64,000 bases of DNA from Octopus sinensis (taxonomy: Eukaryota): assembly GCF_006345805.1 (NCBI RefSeq), contig NC_043001.1:124620001-124684000 (forward strand). Reading direction: 5' to 3'. Under the pieces are notes generated by a model. That model was not told where the DNA came from. It was given only the letters and a program-made list of their open reading frames with translations, and searched no databases. Positions 54,051 to 64,000 of this stretch are shown piece after piece (positions within the stretch are counted from its first letter, which is position 1; each line of letters starts with the position of its first letter). The position numbers were made by a program, and so were the translations under genes.

Positions 54051-54225
54051 CATATATACATACATGCATACATACATACATACATACATACATACATACA
54101 TACATACATACATACATACATACATACATACATGCATACATACATACATACATACATACATACATACATACATACATACATACATACATACATACATACA
54201 TACATACATACATACATACATACAT
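54051..54225. repeat. (CATA)n microsatellite
   Basis: Direct reading. Confidence 0.95.
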
Positions 54226-55009
54226 CTTTTATCTTTTACTTGCTTAGACCATACTGGGGTATTGCCTTGAAGAATTTATAGTCGAAGGAATCGATCCCAG
54301 TACTTACATTTTAAAACCAGGTACTTATTCCATATATACGACGGACTTCTTTAAGTTTCCGTTTAAATCCATTCTCGAGGCTTTGGTCATCCCAAGACAA
54401 TAGTAGAAAATATTGCCCAAGGTGCCACACACTTGGACTGTAGATGGGAGGCAAGATATATGTATACAGAGAGAGAGGCGGGAGGAAGAGAAGGCGATAT
54501 ATGCAGATATACGGAGAAGCAGATTGTGAGAAGAGAATGAGAGATATCAGATCACAGACATAGGAATGTATTGACTGAAATAAATACTGAGCAAACAATA
54601 AAAAAGAACTGAAGAAGTTATAGTTTTATAGTATTCATAATTTTCAATATTTATTTTCTATATCACAATAATATACATATAGTTTTTTTTTTTCATGTAA
54701 ATAAAATTTTAGTCTCGGAATTGTTATTATGATATGAAATATTAATAATTTTAAAAAAAAAGATGAAACATTCAAGCAATGATATATTGATTGAGAAAAA
54801 ATATACTTTAATACTAAGGTAAAAACTTAATTCCCTGGAAACTTAGCAATCTTTTACGACGTAAATTAAGAGTTAATATTCAACGAATTGGAGTCTCTGA
54901 ATTGGTTTTAATTCTTGATTGATATCATCTCCTGTCTGTAATACTTCTTGTATTCTGTATTTCTAGATATATGTACCAATTATAGATTGCAGTTTTTTGC
55001 TACAATCGG

Positions 55010-55355
55010 GGCCTTAAAGGTAACTTTAAAGGTAACAGTTCGGTTTTAGTGTCTTTCCTCATCACTGGTCATTAATGTTGGAGAATGACCGAAAGAGTAC
55101 AATCGCGAATACAAGCGGCCGAAATGCTGTTCCTCCGTGAACTCTCTCATGTAGTGTTACTCGACAGAGTACGTAGCTTGTATATCAGGGAGTCTCTCTC
55201 CAAGCTGGTCTGCTATCTCTCTATATTCAGAGGTAGTATGAACATGTGATTAGAATTGTTTCGCAGGGTACAATTGCAAGATGGATTCTTCAAGCCAAGC
55301 CAAGAGGCAGAAGACCTAAGGGTAGCTCAAAAATGAGATAGCTGGACAATATCCT
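55010..55355 (+). mobile_element. Decayed RTE-type LINE 3' fragment
   Basis: WRMTERVQSRIQAAEMLFLR..LLDRVRS..IRESL. Confidence 0.7.
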
Positions 55356-56414
55356 AAAATATATTATATACCAATATGTGTTCGTGTGTGTGTGTGTGGT
55401 TGTGTGTATGTATGTATATTTCACAGACAAAGCAGCCTCTTCGCAACCATCCAGCTACAGGCATGTGCACACACGTGCGCAAATATACACATATATAAAC
55501 TTACAGTACGTGTATGCATGTATGTACATATGATACATAGGGGTAACGATTGATTATCGTTATGAAAGATGTTTCCTCTTATAACTAGGCTACGAATATT
55601 CAATGTCAATTATAATTATTGATATTTTGTTAAAATACTTGATTACTATAATACTCGTATTTACTCAGTGCTTAAGTGTAAAAGTTTTCAAATTTGTTTT
55701 TTTTTCTTCATTTCGAGATAACAGTGTTTTTATATTATAGAATTTGCAAGCAATCATAAATAATCAACCTCACCTCACAACTACTTTCGACATAACATAT
55801 AACATATTTTTTTATTGTAAATCTACTCTACCTTCTATGGTAGACTACCTTCGATTTTCATTGGCTTATTAAGTTATTAGGATCTGTCATGATTAATTGG
55901 TCTTTATTCCTTGTGACTCAATCAACATAGAACAACACTGAGAAGTATATGATGAAGTCAAATTTGTTTCCTTTGCCATTTCTGTTGATTCAATCAACAG
56001 TATTCACAGCCGTATCGTCTATGCTTCTTATCAACTATGCAGCCGTATCGTCTATGCCATACACATTAGAGTTTCACAATATTATTTTAGGGAGTTTCTG
56101 CAAAAGCAAAATACAATAGGTAGTCAACAAGTCTAACACTGAACGAGCGTCTACGAGACCTCTCAACTTGCTAGAATTGGTAGCCAAATATCCTCGAATC
56201 ACCCGTTCACATCTTCGCCATAAAGAAAGGGATCATTTCAAAGGAGACTTTAAAACATCTATTGTGTGAAAAGGGCTTCTCGATAATATCTTGATATGGA
56301 GTTAAACAACACCACCTCCTCCAAGAAAAAGAACAACAGCAACAACGCAACAACAACGGCAAATTGCTAGGACAATTCATATAGGAAATGAATTTTAAAA
56401 GATCGTGTTCAGCT

Positions 56415-57010
56415 GCTATTTAATTTGTTGGCTGATTTAATGTCGCATCTCAACGATTTCAAACTTGAACTACGAAGTGATTGTAAACGACATATCCTCT
56501 TCAGGGAAAGATTTTCGACATGAATTAACCTTTTTGCACTCCCATCTTAACTTCAATCACTTTACCTGCTGTGAAAAATACAACCAAGAATCAAATACAT
56601 CACTTCCTTTTGAATTCACTCTAAATGTTTACAATAGTTTGAAGCAACAGTTTCAGTGACGTTTTACAGATCTTTATGAAAATGTCAAAGTATCAAAAGT
56701 CTTTCAAAATCTATTTGACTGCATCTTCGAGGAACTTCTGTTAGACTTCAACTGAAAGTTATTGACCTGCAGTCAAATGATATGTTAAAAGGCAAGTACA
56801 AAAATGTAAACTTAATGTAAAATTCCTTCCAGATGAAGGAGATATTTCTGAATTAATTTTTTTTTTTAAATTGGAAATGTGTTTCCGTATTTGACACAAT
56901 GCATTTATATGAAAAAATAAATACATATTCAAAAATTAAGTTTATTAGATTCGTTTATTCTTCAGTCTTAAATGGCTGCCATTTGCAATTAGTTTTGTTT
57001 ATAGATTACG
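56415..57010 (+). mobile_element. Decayed hAT (Charlie/SPIN/GTF2IRD2-like) transposase C-terminal fragment
   Basis: LADLMSHLNDFKLEL, LKQQFQ*RFTDL, LQLKVIDLQSNDMLKGKY, with multiple stops. Confidence 0.65.
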
Positions 57011-57049
57011 AGGAATCATAAACTTTGAACCACAGTTAAATAGCCATCC

Positions 57050-57240
57050 GGCAGGAGACCTATAGGTAGATCAAGAATTAGATGGTTGAATAATAGCATA
57101 GTTTCAATTGGTCACGCTTGAGTATCCAGCCGGAGAGTCTCATGACCATTGCTTCTGGTAGGACACTGTTTTGGAGCTTAAAGATACTACTCACACGACC
57201 CTCCCTGGAATACTGGGCGGAGAAGGTGGATGAATGAACG
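57050..57240 (+). mobile_element. Decayed RTE-type LINE 3' end
   Basis: RPIGRSRIRWLNN resembles the RPRGRPRTRWLDN C-terminal motif. Confidence 0.5.
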
Positions 57241-58195
57241 AATTCAACGATATTTTGTCATGCAGTCATCTACACACGTTTTTTTTAAATAAGCAATTAA
57301 AAGAACCAGGCCATTTCCATAGCCTTGGTTTATAAGGATTTCAATTTTTGCCGCCCTGAGTCACAAAACACAAAGATTTCGAGTTTTTCGGCCTCCAAAG
57401 GAACATACCAACCTCTTGTTTACATGGAAGTTAATCTTCATTTTATAAGTGTCTTACTTTGTACTTCAGTCACCATTTTCTAAATCGTAGTCGTAAATGA
57501 TTATATTTACTTGCAAATGTAAAAGTAACGCCCGAAGAGTTAAGGAAATGTATTGTGATACATGATGGAATATCAGAAACAGCTAATCTCGTTTAAATAA
57601 ATTGTAAACTACAAGGGAAACAACACACACCACATCTTCAAAGGATCAGACGTTTGTAAGTGTTCTGTTTGTTACAATATGTCAGCTACATAAATAGAAC
57701 TTGCGATTTGATACAGTACATCTCTTATATTATAGTGGGTATTTTCACCAAGCTAAAAGAGAAAGTAACTTTAAATATCTGATCAATAAAAGCTACATCG
57801 TTGCTGCGAGTGACTGCTACGAAATCAAATGTGTTGCGTATACTACATCGGTGTGAAAGATAACAAAACCCGCCGCCAGATATGTCGAAGTTAATACGAT
57901 TTTACAATGCTGTCCATACGAAAGATTGACTTGCCTGGAAATACAAACCTAACGTTGATAGATGTTTATACAGGTCTTTATGCAAAAATAATTTTAGAAA
58001 ATTTCACCAAAAATACTTGGTTGAATTTGCAACATAACTAACAAGGTTTTACGGAACGGAGTACAGTTATAAGAGATGTATTTGCGGCATTTATAAAGTA
58101 TCGCGTTCATTGGTATGACTTTCTTGCCAAAATGTTCTAAATGAGAACATCTATGATGAGCATATAAGATACCCACAACGAACTTAACCTGAGTC

Positions 58196-58229
<34 letters not shown>

Positions 58230-58230
<1 letters not shown>

Positions 58231-58412
58231 GCCATGATAGATCGTTAGCCACTACACACATTTTTTTCTCTCCTTGTTTCTCTCCTTGTTTTTTCTGTGT
58301 ACCTTTCTGTAGAAAACGTAAAAAGAGTTTTTCTATTCCTGAGCGTTATACTAATACATCTATTTGTTTTGTACATCACCTGTCTTCGTCTTTTGTTTCA
58401 TTCATAAACTTT

Positions 58413-58414
<2 letters not shown>
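58230..58414 (+). mobile_element. Second copy of the Penelope-like terminal element, with stem II deleted, in (TA)n
   Basis: Reverse-complement match to 38835-39042. Reads cctttctgtaga[deletion]aaacgtaaaaag. (TA)n on both sides. Confidence 0.6.
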
Positions 58415-58446
<32 letters not shown>

Positions 58447-58504
58447 TGCCTACACAACTATATACCCAGATTGGTAGTCATTGAGTGAGTGGGTGTATAT
58501 GTAT

Positions 58505-58645
58505 TTTATATGTATGTAAGCCATTGCTCAGATTCATTTCAAGATTTCTTGACAATAGAGAAAGAGCCGGTTTCTAGCCTTGATCCCAAACTCCTTTATA
58601 GGAATTTTCAACATCAACAACAGGGTATTTTTGCATGTATATATG
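58505..58645 (-). mobile_element. 3'UTR-only copy of the (CATA)n-associated RLE element
   Basis: Reverse-complement match to about 53935-54050, adjacent to (TATG)n. Confidence 0.75.
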
Positions 58646-59679
58646 TTTGTATGTATGTATGTATGTATGTATGTATGTATTTACGTATGTATGTACGTGC
58701 GTAAGTATAAGGTGAGTTGAAGTGCTACATCTGTGAACGTGCTTGCGGATTGGAACAAGTTCTGAAGAGTCCCTCACAGGCATATGGTCGTGCAAGGTTC
58801 TATAAAGGAGTGGCACTCTTTTTACAAGAAGGAGCAATCAGCAATTGGCTTGTATGTATGTATGTATGTATGTATGTATGTATGTATGTATGTGTGTGTG
58901 TGTGCATGTATGTATGTATGTGTGTATGTATGTATGTATGTATGCATGTATGTATGTATGTATGTATGCATGTATGCATGTATGTATGTATGTATGTATA
59001 CATGCATGTATATAGGTATGTAAACTTAGATAAACTTAGATACGTTTCGACCAAAGATTGGTCCAGGCCATGTCTAACTTAATAGCACCACCTGATAGGA
59101 TTATTCGAATCCTGTTTAAGGCAAGTTTTGTTTAAGTCAAGTTTTGTTCAAGTAGTGAGTTCTTGTTGGGTGAGTTGTATCAAGTTTTGTTCAAGTAGTG
59201 AGTTCTTGTTGGGTGAGTTGTATCCCATTATGGGTGGCTTATCTGGTATTATGTATGTATGTATGTATGTATGTATGTAGAAAGAGTGTGACCGAATGTA
59301 TAGTCCCTTGTCCGATCTAGTTGAGTGCCATCTTGGGCAAATGTTATTTTCTATAGCCTCAGTCAGCCCATAGCGTGTACATGAAATTATATAGAAGGAA
59401 GCCTCAAAGAAGTTGCCTGTTGATTGTTACTTTCATCTCTCTACTAACGTTTATCTCTATTAATGTTTATTTCTACTAATGTTTATCCGTTACGTACCAT
59501 TGGCCAATAAGATATTTCTGGATTCTTTTCTTTACATTTTGTGAGCCAGTCAATGTTCGTCATCTCATTCAAACACCCTATAAATTTATCTTCAATTTTC
59601 AATAATCTTTCTCAATTTGAGGACGGGTAACTCGGTATTAAAGTTTGCAAAACTTCAGCTTATATATATATATATCGTT

Positions 59680-59733
<54 letters not shown>

Positions 59734-60037
59734 CATACTTGCTTCTGCAAACACATAATATATATATATATACATAGTAACATGCAAACAACATTAATGT
59801 TTATTGAGAAATATTCTCGAATTAGTAGCTTTTATATATTCTAGGGGGTTTTAATTTTGGCACAAAACCAGTAATTTCGTGGGCTGGGGCTAGTCAATTA
59901 CATCGACTCCAGTGTTCAACTAGCATTTATTTTATCGACCCCCAAAAGAAAGATAGCGTCGACGTCGACTGAATTTGAACTCGAAAAGTAAGGACGGATG
60001 AAATGCCGCGAAGCATTTTGCCCGAAGTGATAACGAT

Positions 60038-61008
60038 TATTTCTTTATTGCCCACAAGGGGCTAAACATAGAGGGCACAAACAAGGACAGAGAAACAGAT
60101 TAAGTCGATTACATCGACCCCAGTGCGTAACTAGTACTTAATTTATCGACCCCGAAAGGATGAAAGGCAAAGTCGACCTCGGCGAAATTCGAACTCGGAA
60201 CGTAACGACAGACGAAATACCTATTTCTTTATTACCCACAAGGGGCTAAACATAGAAGGGACAAACAAGGACAGACAAACGAATTAAATCGATTACATCG
60301 ACCCCAGTGCGTAACTGGTACTTAATTTATCGACCCCGAAAGGATGAAAGGCAAAGTCGACCTCGGCGGAATTAGAACTCGGAACGTAACGACAGACGAA
60401 ATACCTATTTCTTTATTACCCACAAGGGGCTAAACATAGAAGGGACAAACAAGGACAGACAAACGAATTAAATCGATTACATCGACCCCAGTGCGTAACT
60501 GGTACTTAATTTATCGACCCCGAAAGGATGAAAGGCAAAGTCGACCTCGGCGGAATTAGAACTCGGAACGTAACGACAGACGAAATACCTATTTCTTTAT
60601 TACCCACAAGGGGCTAAACATAGAGGGGATAAACAAGGACAGACAAACGAATTAAATCGATTACATCGACCCCAGTGCGTAACTGGTACTTAATTTATCG
60701 ACCCCGAGAGGATGAAAGGCAAAGTCGACCTCGGCGGAATTAGAACTCGAAACGTAACGACAGACGAAATACCTATTTCTTTATTACCCACAAGGGGCTA
60801 AACACAGAGGGAACAAACAAGGACAGACAAACGAATTAAATCGATTACTTCGACCCTAGTGCGTAACTGGTACTTAATTTATCGACCCCGAAAGGATGAA
60901 AGGCAAAGTCGACCTCGGCGGAATTAGAACTCGGAACGTAACGACAGACGAAATACTATCGCTAAGCATTTCGCCCGGCGTGCTAACGATTCTGCAAACT
61001 CGCCGCCT
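60038..61008 (-). mobile_element. SINE family A pentamer: one tRNA-like head plus five 184-bp head-less units
   Basis: Plus-strand unit starts at 60038, 60222, 60406, 60590 and 60774. Head at about 60958-61008. Confidence 0.93.
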
Positions 61009-61821
61009 TTGAATCTTCGATCTTATAGTCGTATGCTCAACACTGACTACTAGACGACGTGCGTTCACAGAAAAGATGACGTAAATAATAGCTATAAACA
61101 AAAGAACCGAAACATAAATTTATGCCTTTGTATGAACAGTTATTTCGTCACACAGCTGTATTTCTTCTGTTGTGAAAGAAACATTAGATAAATCTAACGA
61201 TCTCACTCCTATATAAAAGCACAGATGATATCAACCTTGCATTCATTGTAGCATTGTACTGTACTTTTGGCTCTTCTCTCATAAATATCGTCGTCGTCAT
61301 AGAAAATTTTTTGCATACTTTTTTTGAGCTAGAATATTTTTAGTTGTTTCTTTTTTCGGGTAAAAGTCATTTTTTTTTTCTTTCTCTTTTATTTTTACAC
61401 AGAATGAAAATGATTTATTTCCCATATAATTTAAATATTTATTGTCAAAGTGTGATTATATAAAACAAAACACTTTGCAAGATAAAACAAAAATAAAAGA
61501 AAAGATAAAACTTTCGAACAAGAAAAGAAAAGTGATTAATTAACGACTCATTCAGGGCTAATTTCGTGTAAGGGAAGCAACTCTAGCTTACAACTCCTTT
61601 CAAACCTCCTCTGTTTATCCTTCCTTCATTTTTTTTTTATATTTTTACCCTTCGATAAATTAAGTGATATTAGTTTCTACTTCATAGCTGTAGCAATGAA
61701 TTGGAGAATTTCTGTGATAATGCTGTAGTATCAATGCTTTAATTCTCAGTGGAATATTCATGGCGTAGCCCTCTCCTTTTGTATATATACATAAACAAAT
61801 AATTCTTTCGAATTTTTGCAC

Positions 61822-62172
61822 CAGGAGTGGCTGTGTGGTAAGTAGCTTGGTTCCGGGTTCAGTCCCACTGCGTGGCATCTTGGGCAAGTGTCTTCTGCTA
61901 TAGCCCCGGGCCGACCAATGCCTTGTGAGTGGATTTGGTAGACGGAAACTGAAAGAAGCCTGTCGTATATATGTATATATATATAAGTGTGTGTGTATAT
62001 GTTTGTGTGTCTGTGTTTACGTCCCCGTCACTTAGCGGTTCGGCAAAAGAGACCGATAGAATAAGTACTGCGCTTACAAAGAATAAGTCCCGGGGTCGAT
62101 TTGCTCGACTAAAGGCGGCGCTCCAGCATGGCCGCAGTCAAATGACTGAAACAAGTAAAAGAGTAAAAGAGA
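61822..62172 (+). mobile_element. SINE family B with internal deletions
   Basis: Head, core and tail match family B. Confidence 0.88.
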
Positions 62173-62965
62173 GAGTTGTATTTCGATTCCCGGAACGGAC
62201 AGTACGTTTTGTTCTTAAGCAAAACACTTCATTCCACGTTGCTCCAATCAACTCAACTGGCAAAAATGAGTAAACCTGCGACTGACCGCTGTCCCATCCA
62301 AGTGCGTAATATATACGCCAAAGAAACCGGAAAACCGGTTTTATGAATCTGTATGAGGATCTGTGTCCTTTTTGTATTTTTTTTCGTTTTTATTCAGCTA
62401 TTTAAAGGGTATTGTTTAGTCGATTTCATCAACCTCAGTGCTCAACTGGTACTTATTTTATCGACCTCGAAAGGATGAAAGGTAACATGCACGGGATTTG
62501 CATCCATATACGCAAATAAATAATAATAATAATAATAATATTTAAAAATGCAAGGCGAAAGATTTAACCATGAACGTTATTATCAATAACACAGGCAATA
62601 CTCTCACACAATTTTTTCTTTCATTCGTTCTATTATAAATAATCGTAACTTGTAAATTTGTGGTGGATTTCATAATATTATTGCATAACAAAGAAAAATC
62701 AGCGAAATTTAGAACTCGGTTGAGCCTAAAAGAAAATTTCACATCTTTAGACGTTACATTTTGTAGTGTTAGCCATGGATCTTTTGATTTAAATTGTAAA
62801 TAATTGAGCATGCCAAGGAGACGTGTAGCTTACCGTTATTGTCAAGCAGAATCAGTGTAATACAATGTGTGGCAAGGCTGTAGCTTTTAGGTACAATCTC
62901 TACACAACAGTCTTCCCCACCAAATTCACTCACAAGTCGACTCGAAAATCGTATGTTTTGAGGGT

Positions 62966-63758
62966 TACTTCTGGCTGCCGATAGTATTCTTTCTTTATTC
63001 TGCACAACGTGGTTTTTTAGACCCAATATCGCAGCATTAGCAGTTTCTCCTGCGTTCAGTAATTTTCTGCCACCTAGGTTAGTAGAGTCGGTCGGTATTA
63101 CTTTTAGGGGCGAGCTGGCAGAAACGTTAGCACGCCGGTCGAAATGCTTAGCGGTATTTCGTCTGCCGTTACGTTCTGAGTTCAAATTCCGCCGAGGTCG
63201 ACTTTGCCTTTCATCCTTTCGGGGTCGATAAAGTACCAGTTACGCACTGGGGTCGATGTAATCGACTTAATACCTATGTCTGTCCCCTCTGTGTTTAGCC
63301 CCTTGTGGGTAATAAAGAAATAGGTATTTCGTCTGCCGTTACGTTGTGAGTTTAAATTCCGCCGAGGTCGACTTTGCCTTTCATCCTTTCGGAGTCGATA
63401 AATTAAGTACCAGTTACGCACTGGGTTCGATGTAATCAACTTAATACCTATGTCTGTCCTTGTTTGTCCCCTCTGTATTTAGCCCCTTGTGGGTAATAAA
63501 GAAATAGGTATTACTTTTAGGGTGGAGTGTGCTGGGCATTCTGAGCAGCTTTCTAGTTCTTTTATCCAAGTTCTTTTCCTCGGCCTTTGTTCATTTCAGG
63601 GAGAGAGCAGAGTATCTCAATAGGAGCATAGCCTATATATTTATGGCTTTAATGATGTTCACGTCATTTAATTTTGTTTTCAGCACCTTCCTAATTCTCT
63701 TTAGCACCTTCCTTATACTCTTTAGTGACTCCATCTCTCATTCTTCCTTCTATTATCC
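62966..63758 (-). mobile_element. R4/Dong-type LINE fragment split by a SINE A dimer
   Basis: IRKVLKTKLNDVNIIKAINI..LDKRTRKLLRMPSTLHP|KSNTDRLY*PR..GGRKLLNAGETANAAILGL is continuous once 63110-63522 is removed. Confidence 0.82.
63110..63506 (+). mobile_element. SINE family A dimer with a 16-bp TSD
   Basis: TSD ggtattacttttaggg at 63094-63109 and 63507-63522. Head plus two units joined at gaaata|ggtatttc. Confidence 0.92.
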
Positions 63759-63760
63759 TA

Positions 63761-63985
63761 GGCGGTGAGCTGGCAGAAACGTTAGCATGTCGGGCGAAAT
63801 GCGTAGCCGCATTTCGTCTGCTGTTACGTTGTGAGTTCAAATTCCGCCAAGGTCGACTTTGCCTTTGATCCTTTCGGGGTCGATAAATTAAGTACCGGTT
63901 ACGAACTGGGGTCGATGTAATTGACTTAATCCCTTTGTCTGTCCCCTCTATGTTTAGCCCCTTGTGGGCAATAAAGAAAGAAATA
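63761..63985 (+). mobile_element. SINE family A monomer
   Basis: ggcggtgagctggcagaaacg head through the ccccttgtgggcaataaagaaa tail. Confidence 0.88.
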
Positions 63986-64000
63986 TATCCAAACGTTTTG

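Noticed and set aside
59030-59085. Minus-strand GACC-loop-GGTC GAAAC GUA hammerhead-like half
   Set aside because: The core position reads CAUGGCC, with no CUGA-like motif.
60222-60405. Hammerhead ribozyme within the SINE A unit (retrozyme hypothesis)
   Set aside because: No CUGANGA...GAAA core on either strand by eye. Other ribozyme classes are not excluded.
60038-60957. CRISPR-like or satellite interpretation of the 184-bp array
   Set aside because: The units are entire SINE bodies with no unique spacers, in a eukaryotic context.
62769-63185. 138-aa ORF with an apparent GTAAGC donor as a host exon
   Set aside because: It is a chimera of an antisense SINE head, an R4/Dong fragment and SINE-like debris.

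Overview
AT-rich, microsatellite-dense animal genomic DNA that is mostly intronic. The SINE repertoire suggests an octopus or other coleoid cephalopod (inference). There is one 100-N gap at 29853-29952. Two plus-strand exons (12005-12344 and 31234-31341) appear to belong to a cyclic-nucleotide-binding-domain (CNBD2-like) gene. Most of the rest is transposon-derived: a near-full-length but frameshifted Tx1/L1-clade LINE plus four partial copies, R4/Dong-type RLE LINE fragments, CR1 and RTE fragments, a DD37D maT transposase remnant, a hAT remnant, a Tc1-type MITE, two non-autonomous Helitrons, three tRNA-derived SINE families and three clustered foldback elements. Main observations: (1) different retroelement families each sit in a different microsatellite: Tx1 in (TCTA)n, Dong in (TAA)n, an R4-like family in (CATA)n and a Penelope-like terminal element in (TA)n. 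(2) One SINE family repeatedly forms head-less multimers with one fixed junction (GAAATA|GGTATTTC), suggesting template jumping or a circular RNA. (3) Minimal hammerhead-like motifs with non-canonical cores are present. (4) There is a perfect 104-bp inverted duplication near the window start. All family names come from motif recognition by eye; no database search was run.
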